Assembly: GCA_043228905.1 (NCBI GenBank)
Contig: JBHGNT010000006.1
Span: 4,526,001-4,590,000 of the forward strand
Direction of reading: 5' to 3'
Length of the DNA: 64,000 nt
Source: Azolla caroliniana
Taxonomy: Eukaryota; Plantae; Polypodiophyta
Shown here: positions 51,001 through 64,000 of the stretch, one piece after another
Position numbering within the stretch: position 1 is the first letter of the stretch
Layout: each line of letters starts with the position of its first letter
Program-made: the position numbers and the translations under genes
The notes under the pieces: model-generated
What the model was told of the DNA's origin: nothing
Databases searched by the model: none
The model's input: the letters and a program-made list of their open reading frames with translations, nothing else

Positions 51001-54000
51001 AATGCCACCTACACTTCACACTAATCATATTTCTATAATAAATATACAAATATTCGGTTTTTTAAAAAATTAATTAATTAAAATAAAGGTTCATAAACTT
51101 CCCCATTTTTTATTTGACACTATAAACCATTTTTTATTTGACACTATAAAGGAGAGTTAATACTAATCCTATGTTTATAATCTATTAATGAATGATTTTC
51201 TTTTTTTAGTGAAATAAATTTATTTAAATAAAAAAATTAATTAATTAATATTTAATATATTTATTTTGTAAAACGAATGGTCTTATAATATTCTTGGGCC
51301 CATTTCGTATTCTCGAATATTGAGAATATCACGCATGACGAATCTGACGAATATCACGCATGTGTCAATCTATGGACCTAATTATTCATTATTCATTAGT
51401 ACATTTCAAACCATTTGGTGTTTTTATGAAGCTAGGATAGAAAGGCCTTTTTCTTTCACTAATTGTATTACAAGTTAACATGAACACATATAATCTTTGT
51501 TAGGTCTCACCATTATCTTATGTTTGAAGAGGCAGATCTATCTCCCCTTTCTTGAGGAATGTGATGTGTCATGTATGTAGAGCTAAAGCAATTTTTTCTC
51601 TTTTTATCAAGATGCATGACAATGGTCTTCTGAATCATGTAGTACCTAATGTGTCTCAGCTGACATATTAGGATATTAATGCAATTTATGGATCAATAAA
51701 TTTCTTGTTGTGCTCATTCATGCATGTAGATAAAGTATTAGAATTCAAAAAGTATGTTTGCTGATATTTAGAACTACCTATGATGCAAGGTCAAAGTTGC
51801 ATATGCTCAGCACATGAAAATTAATATCCAGCACATAATTAATGTATAATATCTAATGTGTCTCAGCTGAGATATTAGGATATTAATGAAATTTACGGAT
51901 TAATAAACTTCTTGTTGTGCTCATTCATGCATGTAGATAAAGCTAAAGGAAATTTATTGATATACGTTTATATGTATTAGAATTCAAAAAGTATGTTTGC
52001 TGATATCAAGGTCAAAATTGCAGATGCTCAGTACATGAAAATTAATATCCAACACATAATTTATCCTTACCAATGATGTATAAATGTTTATAAAATATAT
52101 AGTAACGTGTGTCATTATACAGGTGTATCAGACATTGTGCATGATAAGTAATGCACTGACTTGTTTTGTGGCATGTAGATCATCAAAAAGGCTCCACAAA
52201 ATCGAGTAATTTTGAAAGTTCAAACAGCACACTGGGGATGTCTAAGTAGTAAATAGAACTACCTTAAAGTTGGTATAATCATTTAGAGAAAATTCTTTTA
52301 TATACACGACTCTCAGATACATAGAGATAGAAACATCATTTCACCTGTATACTGGTTTCTTCATCATTGATACGAGTTAAAATACGAACAAGGGCATCAG
52401 TCCTCTTTGCAAAATCACACCTCGAGATGTATAGATCACGTATAATCTTGATCACACGCTTACGAACACTAACACCAGTGTCCATTATGCGTTCAGCTAT
52501 CTTTTGAAAATACTGGACAGGACAACCACAATGTTATAAAAGACCAAAAAGTGCCCAAAACCTTTCCAAAAATTATTTATATACACATACTTTTACAGCA
52601 ACATCAGGATGAGATGCTATATGCCTCCCAACAAGCTCCATCGCAGCTTCCCGTACAGATATTGCAGAGTCTAGAAACCTTCCTTCAACTGCTCGCTGAA
52701 CTCTCTCGTCGCCTAAGACTCCAGGGTCTACTTCAACAATTGCACTCACCTACACGCCAAATAATTCATTCATAGGAATACTAGAGAATATCTATCACAT
52801 AAAAATCAGCTACAGATAAAAATGAACATGTATCTACCACAAAGCCCTGTGTTCGGCATTTCACAGTGATAGAAACAATGGCAGATCATCACAGAATGGT
52901 CTGTGATAATGTGTGCCATATTCATTTGAAGTTGAATAGATACAACGTGCATGCTTCAATATATTTTTCACTTTTGGTAAACAAATATAAAGAAATATTA
53001 TGCCACAAGAAGCATAATACAAGAAAATAAATATGAGTTCTCCAGTCAACAATTTAAAGAATTCTTATCTTCTTAATGAACTTACAGCTCTTAGGGCTTT
53101 GGCACGAGGTGTAGGTGAATTTTCCTGCAGACTAACCTGCATTCAAACATAGTGAAAAGTTAAATTAACTGGTATGTAAGATCTGCAGAATAAACCTGAC
53201 ATTAAAGGTTACCAGCAGCCTCTCAAGAATTCTGTCAAAACCTCTGGCTAGAGGTCTGTGCTGACCAAGCAAAGCAGACATCCGAACAATAACATCTCTT
53301 GTAAAAGGAGTGGGCATTATCGCTCTTCCAGAATAGAAAGTTTGCCCCACTGATCTTCCGTGATAAAAAGGAAGATTCTGTTGACCTTGACTATCATCAC
53401 GATACCATTGCCATAAGAAGAAACTGCAAACAGCAAGAGTTGAGAGACTCAATCATAGATACTAAGCTGATGTAAAGAATTCAAAAATAACTTACCGATG
53501 TGCACAGACAGCCACACTGTCACTTCCAGATGATTCATCCAAGTAGTTCAATAGCATCTGTTGAAGAATCACATCTCCTGTCTTTGGAACAGTAATATCA
53601 TCAGGATTTCTTGACTGAATAACCCCTTTGCTTTTATAAGTAAGCTTACCATCGGCAGCCTTTTCTTTCAACGATGTTTCTAGCAAAACAAGCTGTTTTT
53701 TGCAGTAACAATATTGACAAAGCCAACCTCGACCAATTAAATCATGCCCCGTCACTCCAACACAATCAGCATGAAACCACCGGAAGCAACTATCACAAGA
53801 GACAGTAAGCTTGGAGCCTTTCTTGCCACTGCACACAACACAAGTTTCCTTCAGCAAAATCTGATCTTTATCTGGGCTTTGTGTTTCCAGGAAAACCCCC
53901 AGTGTGTCCATGCTGCAGGCAATGGCATCATGTTTTAGACGAGCTGCAATCTGACCAAGAAGTTCAATTGCACTGGCACGTACTCCAGCATCTTTGGATT

Positions 54001-57000
54001 TAAGTCCAGCTGAGCCAAATAGCAACACACAAAGCACCTGCCAAGCAAGGCCAAATTATATTGGTATATTACCAAATGCATAATGTGCATATGGATACAG
54101 ACCGATTAAGAACAAGATATAGAAAGCACCTGTACATCAGAGTTAAGGATATCTGCAATTATCAAACATATGCCAAATTTACAAATCTGCGATTTGCAAC
54201 ATTGCACAGGGTAATTATTACCTGCAATAGAACATTCGCAGCTGGAAATTCGGGTGCATTAAGTGTCGTCAATAAATCAGTAACTAGGTTCTCAACCAGG
54301 CTCCTGATATCTGACCCTTCATGAGCTTTTGGTGCAGTCCAACGTTGTAACACATTTCTCCAGAAGTAAGTACTAGTATCCATTGCAGGATCCATGCCCT
54401 TGAATGTAGCATTTGATCCATCATTGCCATCTGATTGTGTTGTGGTAATGACTGATTTTTCTGGAATCTCATTTGGAAGGCTTACACTGCATTGGACCAA
54501 TTGAAGCACTAATGCTGTTAACATCTGGACCTGCTTTGACTCTTCATCAAGCAAATGGTAATTCCTAAGGTTTCTCTTAGATGAAGGAAGCTTCCATAGT
54601 AAGGAAATAATTTCATCCTGTATTGCTGTCCGATGCTGAGGATAGGTAGAAAATATCTGGTGAATATTCAAGGATTCAATGAGAGACTTCCTTTTAAGGT
54701 TTTCTGAATGAGCAAAAATATCTAACAATGTTGCATGTTCGATATATACATTACCATAGACACAACACCTATAGCCTTCAACTGCAGTAATTGAATGTTT
54801 TCTACACTGAAAGTAGCCAAAACTGTTTTCATTAGCTGAAGAATGCTATTATCCATGAGTCGCTGACTGGATAATAGATCTTTGATTAAACCAAGAATAC
54901 TGCATATCTTTTGAAGCACACCTGATACAGCACCTGAGACCCTGCAAAAAAATTACTTAGCTTAACATAATTATGTTACCAGCCTATGCAACGAATCAAT
55001 TAAACTTATCAACTCTCTGGAATCTGTTTGAACATATATAAATCAGTATAATCTGTTTCCCTATTCTTATTTAGCACCAAATTTTGGAATGAGAGAGGGT
55101 ATACTTATTCCTACGCATTCAGATGCACCCACTTTTTCATACTTAATAGGCTACTTGCAGGGAGAGTAGGAACAGCTTACTTATTGATGTTAGATCTCCT
55201 CATTTTTTGCACTTTACTCTTGCGACGTCCTTTTTTCATGTCAACCTCCTCATCATCTGGATTATCTTTATACATAAACATCACATTAGCAGGTTCACAA
55301 AAATAGAACTGGAATGAAGATTATGTCACCTTACCGTCTTCTATTTCACCACCCTTGTGAAGTCTTTTGTACACAGGATCATATGCTGTAAAAATGCTGT
55401 GGACTATTTGATAACGAGAAAACTCAACAATTCGATCAATAACCTGTTAAGTCCTTGAATTTAGAAATACCTATCTGATATCAAAACAGCCAGATACTAA
55501 ACAGATTTCAGAAAACAGAGTGTAAGTAAGCTCACCTCTTCCTTGTAGACTTGCTTTGGCATCCCTGGATGTGTCATGATAGTTAGAGAGCCCTGGACAG
55601 CCTCCAAAGCTGATGTTACCACCATGAAAACTTCAGAATCGTTCTGAAACAGATAAGAAGCACATCAACAACTTATATCTCAATTTATTAACTCTTTGCA
55701 GCATACATATGCCATAAGCAATCCTCAATGACAGAAGAACACTGCATCAATTTGGTACAGGGGACAATATGATGATTAGCAACTTCAATTCTAAAATGTT
55801 TCTGTGGAAATAATTGCACATTAGGACATCAATGTTACCATTTCAAAATCCACAATCAGGTTTAACTAGCGAATATTGAGGTTTCCAAATTTCAGTCAAG
55901 GTCATCAGACAACTATTCTTTACCTCATCATCATCATCAACACACTGCCCACCAGCACGTTGAACATGGCGATCAAAAAGGTTCACTGTTTTGACTAAAT
56001 GATCAACTGGAACAATTTGTAATACATTCTTTGCATGAGCTGTTGCAATTGCTTCCACAAGATTTTTCATTTCAGAGAGAGATAAATACGTGCCACCCTC
56101 CAGTCCTTCGTCTTCTTCAAATACGTCAATTCTTTCAAATACATCTTCCATAACTTCACATAAACTTCGTAAAATGGCATCTGCAATCAGAAAAATTCAG
56201 AGAAAAAATATCTTTGGCTTTCATTTTCATGAAACAAAAAAAAAACATTAGATTTACCATGCTCAGAACCCTGAATACAGATTGAAGATGCTGTGCCATT
56301 GAGATGTTCTTTCCTTTTGATTTTTAATCTTTGAACAGATGGAGGGCGATGACCCGAATCCTGCAGTTAACAATCACATAATGAAACACCTGTAGAGAAA
56401 TAACTAAAACTGTGCAATAACAGGATCCAGCAGGCTCCATATTTAAAATAACCAAGCAAATCTCACGAAAGTTAATTTGTCAAATAAGGGGGAAATGCAT
56501 TAGTTCCTAAGCGCACAACTCCCCTGGGAGCACACCCCATCAGGTCACCAGAAAGCTAAGTTTCATTTATTGTACAGTGTTCAGGAACTCATATACAAGA
56601 CATGCAATCGTATGGTCCACATTGCTAATAGTCAAAGCACAATTTCTAGCTTTCTCATGACAGATTACCTCATGAAGAAAATGTTTTGATACAGTATTAT
56701 ATGTGCTTTCTCCCGGCACATCTTCTCTTGACAAAGGCAGAGTTCTTTTATCGAGGCAGAGATTACTTCTTCCTTGATGATCATTTTGCTCTACAATCCA
56801 TTTTAGGTAAGTTAGAAATTGTCACCAACATCAGGATATGTCAATTCAATTACATCTTGTAAATATATAAATAAGAAAAAAGATTGAGTTTAAGATAGCA
56901 TGGGTAAATAGCAAAAACAAAAACAAAAATGAGTATAATTTCACTTTTAGTTTATTTTATTTATTGTCAAAGTACATCTCTCATCTTCTGTAGCTCATTT

Positions 57001-59834
57001 ACACAGTTTATTGTGCCATGGCATATTGAACAGTTTACGACCCTTATATTCTGTTGTTTTCAGTTAGGATTTATTTGTCCTCCATTTCCCTGTATTACCA
57101 ACAGTAAACAGTACTTAGGCATTCCTTAAACTCGTGAGTCAAACCTCTGACACGTCTGAATGCTGCTGAACCCATAATGATTCAACCAAAATAGCAGATC
57201 AAGATTTTTCTATTTAACATAGAAATTAAATGTAGATTCTAACTCAGCAGAGATGGAAATGATCCTAAGATAGTTACAACTTTCTATAAAGAAAGAAAGG
57301 GGATATGTTACTCCTCTTGGAACGACGACGAGCAAAGGAACTTGTGATGTGCCTCTTTACTATCCATCACAACCCCTATAAGCCTCATATTTTCCAGCTC
57401 ACCCTCCTCTATTGTTATGCCTCTCTATAATATATTTCGATTTATCAAAATAAATTGAAAATTTGTTAGTTTTCAACATTTTCTAAACTGAACCAAGCTG
57501 TTTAATCTGAGTACCCATCAGTCCTAAACAATAACTTCCAGCTTATCATTTCCAGAGTTTGCTGAGTAGACCAATTTTTGGGATCCATAAAATAATGCAC
57601 TCTAAGGACTCATGTAGAACAAATTTGGGGTATCAAAAACTATTACAGAATGCATGCGACAATATGTTCTGTGAAGTGCCGCCTGGAACATCTCCAAGGA
57701 GAATTATTAAACAGCAAGTCCTATCGAGGTATTTTACATTGTTTTTAGGGTTATCTCTTGGCCATAATTGCACAACCTTAAATAATTCAGTTTTTAGAGA
57801 TTATGTGATGTGGTGCCAAAGATAAAATGATTAAAATAGACCAGACTGAAGCTTTATATGCTCACAATTTATTGTGATAGCATCATAATAAAGATACTCG
57901 CTGCAGAATTTTTATTCATTGTGTTGTTAGCTTCATATATACTATTTGTTCAATAATCATCATATAATTTTACATGTCATTATCGTGAATGGCCACTTTT
58001 CTTTGCTTTGATGATTTCTTGAACCTTTATATAATGTTGTCTTCCATGGGCAGTGAGGGTTTTTCTGTCATTTGGGAAGATAGTGATGTATTCTTGAGAT
58101 TATGATCAAAAAATATAGGCTTTCCTTCATAAAGCAATCTTTTTGGTTTGGTTATATAACAGCCGCATGCCAAAACATATGAAGATGGAACAACTAAATA
58201 ATTAGATAAAAAAAAGGTAGCATTCTTGATTTTTTCCTAATAATAAACTAATTCTTGTATTTTTTTTCCTTAAAAATCATGTTTAGAAATACAATATGCT
58301 CATATACTCTCGGAACTTTGAGAAATCTGCAACACTGATGTTTTCTCAGATGCCACTAGGCATTTGATGACAGCCACTATCTGGAAATGAAGTGCTGTTT
58401 TGATTAGTCCTCAGATGATGTGCACTCTACACGGATAATATATAAACTAATCAAAAACACAAGCAATATCTTTCTATTCAAGGCAAAATACAGAGAACTC
58501 AACAGGATCAAAAATATGTTCACTTAATTCTAGTATACCACTACACGGCTAAGAAACACTCAAAGAAGGCATCCAGAACTGTGATGTGAATAAGCAATGG
58601 ATAGTTTCCACTATATGAATCTCCATTCTTTGGTCGCATAATCAAATTCAACAAGGTGAGAGGATTTACCTGATGCTTTGCTGAAGACAAACGCCTCTGG
58701 ATCATATTGAAGGACAGCAGCCAAAAGACTCCCACTCATTTTACTAATGGAAGCAAAATTGTCCTCAAATCCATCTCTCACAGACCTGAAACATTTTTCA
58801 GAAGTAGAAATAGTTGCAGGATATCAAATGAAATAGCAGAGAGCAATTACCACCTCTTTCAAGCTAGATCTTTATTTAAGAACTGTCAACGGTAAAAAAA
58901 ATCACTTCAAAATGCATTAAAACACAATAATTCACCAACAAATGCAGTGTGGACACTGTTGAGTACAAAAATTCATTGTGAAATGCACTGCAGATACTGT
59001 CAAGTATGAAAATTCACTTGAAATCGAGTATGTAACCAAAAAAGAATATTTTCACAATCAAACGCAGTGCAGATGCTACAATTGACGAGGACTTGTTTTG
59101 AAAAGCAGTATGGATTCTATTGCGTCAGAAAATGCATTGTGAAACTGCAGTGTTGGTACTATTAAGTAGGACAGTTCATTGTGAGATGCAGCTTTGATCC
59201 TATTTGGTACAAAAAGATCTTTGTGAAATGGACCATGGATCCTATTAAGTGCAAAAATTCAATATGAGAAAGAGAAAATGAAAGAGGAGAGGGAAATGAA
59301 AGCTTGAGTGACTGATATTATTGTCAAATGCAATATGACTGATTATATGATTATGTTCATCCGTTGGAACCTATTAAGTAGATATTTTCAATATGAAATG
59401 CTATGTGGATTCAATGGAGTATGACTGTGAGAGAGAGAAGTAAAGGAAGAGAGAAATGGAAATGGAAATGCTTACAAGAAATTGACAATCCAATTAAGTA
59501 CGACATAGTTCATTGTGAATTGCAGTGCAGATCCTACGACTGAAACTAACGGGAGACTGAAAAAAGAGGGAGAGAGAAGGAAAATGTAAGCTTACAAGTA
59601 ACTGATGTCTGTTGCAGAAAGGAGCTCGGCAATTCTCCCTGCATTTGCAATGAGAGATGAGCTTCTTCTATCTGTCATATGCATGAGTCCTCCTGTTACA
59701 CCCATGGTGTTCCCTTGTTCTTCTTCTTGGAAAGGGAGCAAATCACTACCAGAAGCACCAAAACAGATGGGAAGGCTAGGAAGCGGAAGGCTAGGAGCTA
59801 CTTCTGTATGTGATAAGTTAGTAAGTCTGTACAT
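45049..59834 (-). CDS. SCC2: Sister chromatid cohesion protein 2 / Nipped-B-like cohesin loader (plant type with PHD finger), ~28 coding exons
   Basis: N-terminus [22 protein letters not shown] finger CVVC...[12 protein letters not shown]...WLCQYC (53500-54037). HEAT-repeat motifs [49 protein letters not shown] and [12 protein letters not shown]. Exons chain in frame, e.g. 59834-59596, 58785-58670, 56790-56669 ... 45408-45049. Confidence 0.96.
51646..52061. repeat. ~207-bp tandem duplication in the large SCC2 intron
   Basis: ctaatgtgtctcagctga.atattaggatattaatg begins at 51646 and 51853. Confidence 0.9.
58935..59540. repeat. Degenerate ~41-bp minisatellite in SCC2 intron 1
   Basis: A recurring consensus of about aaatgcagtg(c/t)ggat(a/c)ct(a/g)ttaagta..aaaattcattgtg. 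Confidence 0.65.
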
Positions 59835-60377
59835 GATGATGGCTTCTGTGTTTTACTTAGTTTAACGTAATAGTTTCTCGCCCTAAGCAAAAAAAATTAT
59901 GCAGCCACATCTGCTTCTGTTTCTGGTTATCTGAGTTCCTTCAAACTTTATCTGAGTTCCTTCAAACTAGGAGATTCTTCAGTCATGCTTGAATATGCTA
60001 ATGTTTGAATTTCTATTTTTGCTCCGTTTTCCTGTTTTCAGTCATATCTGAGTTGCTTCGGCTTCTGTTTTAGTCTCTGAGTGTTGCTCAACCTGTAGAT
60101 TTTACACAACCCTATCTGCGATGTGTCAATTTATTTGGTTTCTGATTCTGTTTCGATTCTACTTCTATTCGCGATTCTTTAAGTTCGACATCTGCGTCTC
60201 CCTATGCTTCTGCTCCTGAATCTCCTGTTCCCGATTCCTGCTCAAATCTGTGCTTTTTTCTGATTCTGTGTAACCTGTTTACCTGAATGTGAATTTTCTG
60301 TTACTCCTAATATCTGATTCTGCTCACATGACGAGCTTGCTACGATGGAAGGCACGTACACGCACACAGACACGCCC

Positions 60378-60421
<44 letters not shown>

Positions 60422-63133
60422 CGCGCGAAGGAGAAGACTTCATTACAAGCTTAAAGGTCTTCTAAAAACATCAGCTCTTTTTTTTCTCGTTCAAAGGTAT
60501 CGCAAACCATTAAGATTAAGCTTTAGATTAACATTAAGATCGAGTTTTAGATTAAGATTAAGTATAAGGTTAAGGTTAAGATCAATAGCATATTCACATC
60601 TTATATCGACAACTTTGAGCACAAAATTATCGATGTCGTTTTCCTACTAGACTTGATGTTCCGCCACAATTTGATACTTGATGATTAATGGTTTGTCTTC
60701 TGAGCATGTCCTTGCTCATGTTTAAAGTTGGATGTGCAATTATTAACAAGGAAATAAAACTTTGTATTCATGACCAAGCATAAAACGATGGAGTGTTGAG
60801 CGTAGGTGCATGAGGGTGACAAAGGAATCTCTCTTAGGATATTCATTCCACGCCCATGTTGGTATCAATGAGAGTTATAGTAAACTCCTAGTGCATAAAC
60901 ATATATGAAAACCAATGAAGGTGAATCATCAGGACACATGAAAGTGAGTGCAAGAATCCACAAGTACAAGCACGAACGGATGATAAATAATTTATGACGT
61001 GTGGCTTGAATACTCCAAGCAAATAAGTATGGATGGCATGCAAACTAATTGTATGAAAGGAAAATAGGTCTTCTCGTGCCACCATTTCAATCATTGGAGG
61101 CCAATACTTGGAAACCTATAAGAGGGTGAACAAGGCAATGATAGTATTGTATAACAAATACCAAAGGCATGTCAAATTGGCGAGCAACCTTAGCCACAAA
61201 TATATAAATATTAGTGTGGATATGTGACTTGTATAATGGGTTGGTTCCATTGTAAAAAGAACATAACATCTATTCCATATTGCACACATTATACAAATTT
61301 GGTGTCATGACATCGAAAGTATCACTGGCATGTTTGTATTGAGGAGAGAGATGAGAAATAAATAAATATTAATGTCTCCTAGTGCCCCAAATCGGCCTAC
61401 GAGATCAAGTAGGATGACTTATTCAAGTGAATTCATGTCATCCATGTGAAAACAAAACAAAAAAACTATAGGTTTTGTAAAGCTCCGTGATCATTATATT
61501 AATGCATGCCATGGGGAGATATTCTAGATGAGTTAAAATCCTAAATTGCATAATGAAAAACTATGAGATAAGTAGTGACTAGATTTTGTATCCAATATTT
61601 GTTGGCGTAGTGAAGCGATGATGCGACTTCAACAAGTGCATCTAGATGTTCTCGTGCGAATGAATTGCGATGAGCAAGTATCCCCATAAATCGGTGACGG
61701 TATAGCAATGTATGTGCCTCATATCCCAATACTTGCAAATTCCTTTGTTGTGGCCATTCGTCGTATCACTCTATAACGACTCCTTGTCAAGATGTTAATG
61801 GAATAAATCAACGATGTGCAACCATAGTTGCATCCATGTGCTAATCTTAAGGTTGATTTTGCCTGGTTTTGAAGCTTGGTCAACATTGGACCACACATTC
61901 ACGAGGACAACTTTTCCCTCTTTTTGGAATGGTGGTGGATATTGCGTATAGAGAAGTATACTTATTTTTTACGTGGTTGAAAATTGAGCACCTAGATCTA
62001 AGAAGTGAATGTCACCTACAACCTTTCATTCACATAATTCACACAACTTTTCAACTCTGTATGTGAAGTGCTTCTCATGCCTTGTATGGGAACTTTAAGT
62101 TGGCTTGTTGCATTGCATGCACTATGGGACATGTATATGTCAATACACCGTGATCTTTATACGCAATTATCCCCTTGAAACCTTATGAAATGATGTTTGT
62201 AATGAGCCATGTGTGGGGAAGTGGGTCCCTTGATGCAAGCCAAGTCACCTGATATAAAGTTCAAATAGATATTGCCACAATACATCATTCTGTTCGTAAA
62301 TTACATCATGTGTACAATATCAAAAGAGTGGCAAGTTCTTGATCTAAAGGCCATTGTTGTTGAAGCACTTCATCGCTTTGTGAGTACCAAGATGCATTTG
62401 GGTGTTTTTGTTGTTGCCATTTGCTTTGACATGTCAACAACTTGTGTAACTCTTTGATGTGGCATGGCTTGGATACGGTTTATGATGTTCACTACCTATA
62501 TATATTGCTTCTACTACCACACAGGTTGTTGTCAATTCAAAATGGATGATCTTATTTGGATCCTTTCCTATGAATATTTGGTGATGACATTGTGACCAAT
62601 GGACTCTTTATTCATGTCAACATGAACATAGGAAGCCCCAAAACCCAAATGGATGCATTGTTAAACGAGGGCAAGGATGACCATGGTGTTGAATAACCAT
62701 AGTTTTGTAGGGGGCTCTGGGGAGTGTGTTTGGTAGAATTATCTTTGTAGCATGGCTTCAGTTGAATATCCTCAAGTGAGTTGATTCTTTGATGGGTTGG
62801 CTCATAAAGAAGGTGCCATTCAGGCTTGGTGATTCCTAGATGAATCCATTGCAACTTGCCCTCCCAATAGGCTAAAGACGACTTGACTACTTATTGACGT
62901 GGATGATCATGGCCTTGGTCTTTTTTGAGGTTTAGCACGAGGCCTTTTTCACAATATAAACTCCTTAGGGAGCTTCGTTCTTGCCATTAATGAGAATCTA
63001 TTTCGACACATTTTTTTTCCCACATTTTCATGCTTCGATAACACATGAGACCAACCTAATGATCACCATCACCAACCAGACATTATGAAGACGACAAAAG
63101 CTAGCAAACATGGACATGCTCATGTGCCAGAAC

Positions 63134-63449
63134 TAGGAATCGACAATGGTTCAGTTTCAACTTAATTGGTTTGGCCTTCTCCAACCCAAACCGTTTTAGC
63201 CTCAATGATTTGGAAGTTTTCAAACTTGAATCAAACTAGTTAATTGTTAACCGCTTTGGAAAAACCATTTACCTTTAACTGTCTGGCCCAAATCGGTTCG
63301 GTTCGGCTTGAATTTTGCTGAACCGAGCTCAAACTAGTTTACGAAGCTCAAGCCTAAACCGAGCTGAACCTAAACGCCAATCCGCCAAACCGTTTAAAAA
63401 CAGTTTAACGGCTCGTTTTAGGCTTGAACCGAACCGTTTGCAACTCCTA
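63134..63449. mobile_element. hAT-type MITE (316 bp)
   Basis: Imperfect TIRs TAGGAATCGACAATGGTTCAG / (reverse complement) TAGGAGTTGCAAACGGTTCGG. 8-bp TSD GCCAGAAC/GCCAGAAA. Dense subterminal AACCG/CGGTT motifs. Confidence 0.8.
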
Positions 63450-63680
63450 GCCAGAAACAAGAAAGCATTTGCCAAGAGAGCATCCAACCCAAGCAAAACA
63501 TGGACAATGAAGAAATTAGTAGCAGATACCATCGTCGTCCAACAATCACTTGTGTATATAAGAGCAACCAGTCTGTTGTTGTAGGCTGTAGCTTTCGTTC
63601 GGAAGAAGAAGCAGCTCAGTGCAAATTCAAATCATTTTCATACTTCCTCCGAGGGTTAGAAAGATAGAGAAGATGGTTTC

Positions 63681-64000
63681 ATGGCCTACCGCTGTGGGCA
63701 TCAGATCCTGGGATACACTTATCCCAAAGCAAGGTATTTTCACACAAACCAGAGAGCTCTTATACAAGATGCATATTTGGATCATCAGTTACAATGCCTA
63801 TGCAAAGAAGAAAACCTGGAGAGAGCTATTGAAGTGCTTGTTAGAGTGGATGAACTGGGGATATCTATCTCATCTGAGCTCTATTTTTGTCTATTGAAAT
63901 CATGCCAAAAGAGAAAAACACTTGCGCATGCTACTCAGATATTTGATCACATAACCAAGCATCGTAGTGTAGACCAGTTTTGTGGTCCTTTGGCTGATTG
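63681..64000 (+). CDS. N-terminus of a second PLS-type PPR protein (runs off the window)
   Basis: Open frame MAYRCGHQILGYTYPKARYFHT...LCKEENLERAIEVL...SELYFCLLKSCQKRKTLAHATQIFDHI, typical of the first L-motif of a PLS protein. Not in the ORF track because it has no stop in the window. Confidence 0.75.
   Translation, partial: MAYRCGHQILGYTYPKARYFHTNQRALIQDAYLDHQLQCLCKEENLERAIEVLVRVDELGISISSELYFCLLKSCQKRKTLAHATQIFDHITKHRSVDQFCGPLAD

Noticed and set aside
53492-54037. PHD finger inside the cohesin loader as a novelty
   Set aside because: An established feature of plant SCC2.
60345-60650. 101-aa Arg/Leu-rich ORF
   Set aside because: Built from (GA)n and TTAAGA-type repeats in the SCC2 promoter/5'UTR region.

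Overview
Repeat-rich land-plant nuclear DNA. It is probably a fern; this is an inference from the style of the long PLS-PPR protein and the transposons. Five host genes are supported. (1) An 8-exon minus-strand gene for a 249-aa protein made of two tandem ERG/PP16-type C2 domains (4109-7272), almost invisible in the ORF track. (2) A 5-exon PMT-family (Methyltransf_29) SAM methyltransferase (22743-25448). (3) An intronless PLS-class PPR gene ending in E1 plus a partial E2, with no DYW domain (38829-41909). (4) The ~28-exon cohesin loader SCC2/NIPBL with its plant-type PHD finger (45049-59834). (5) The 5' start of a second PPR gene at the right edge. Mobile DNA includes a very young full-length Ty1/copia element (31139-36672, CTTAA TSD, LTRs differing by one substitution) whose single gag-pol frame is broken by three TGA codons at Arg-compatible positions, two internally deleted copia elements, a decayed L1-like LINE, a 5'-truncated LINE tail with TSD, MULE and gypsy relics, and a hAT-type MITE. 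Short (35-310 bp) tandem duplications are unusually frequent throughout. There are no rRNA genes, intact tRNA genes or CRISPR arrays. I found no clearly new biological system. The most interesting leads are the duplicated-C2 gene, the C-to-T erosion of the young copia, a structurally conserved TATA palindrome in the LTRs, and a 46-bp-stem hairpin.
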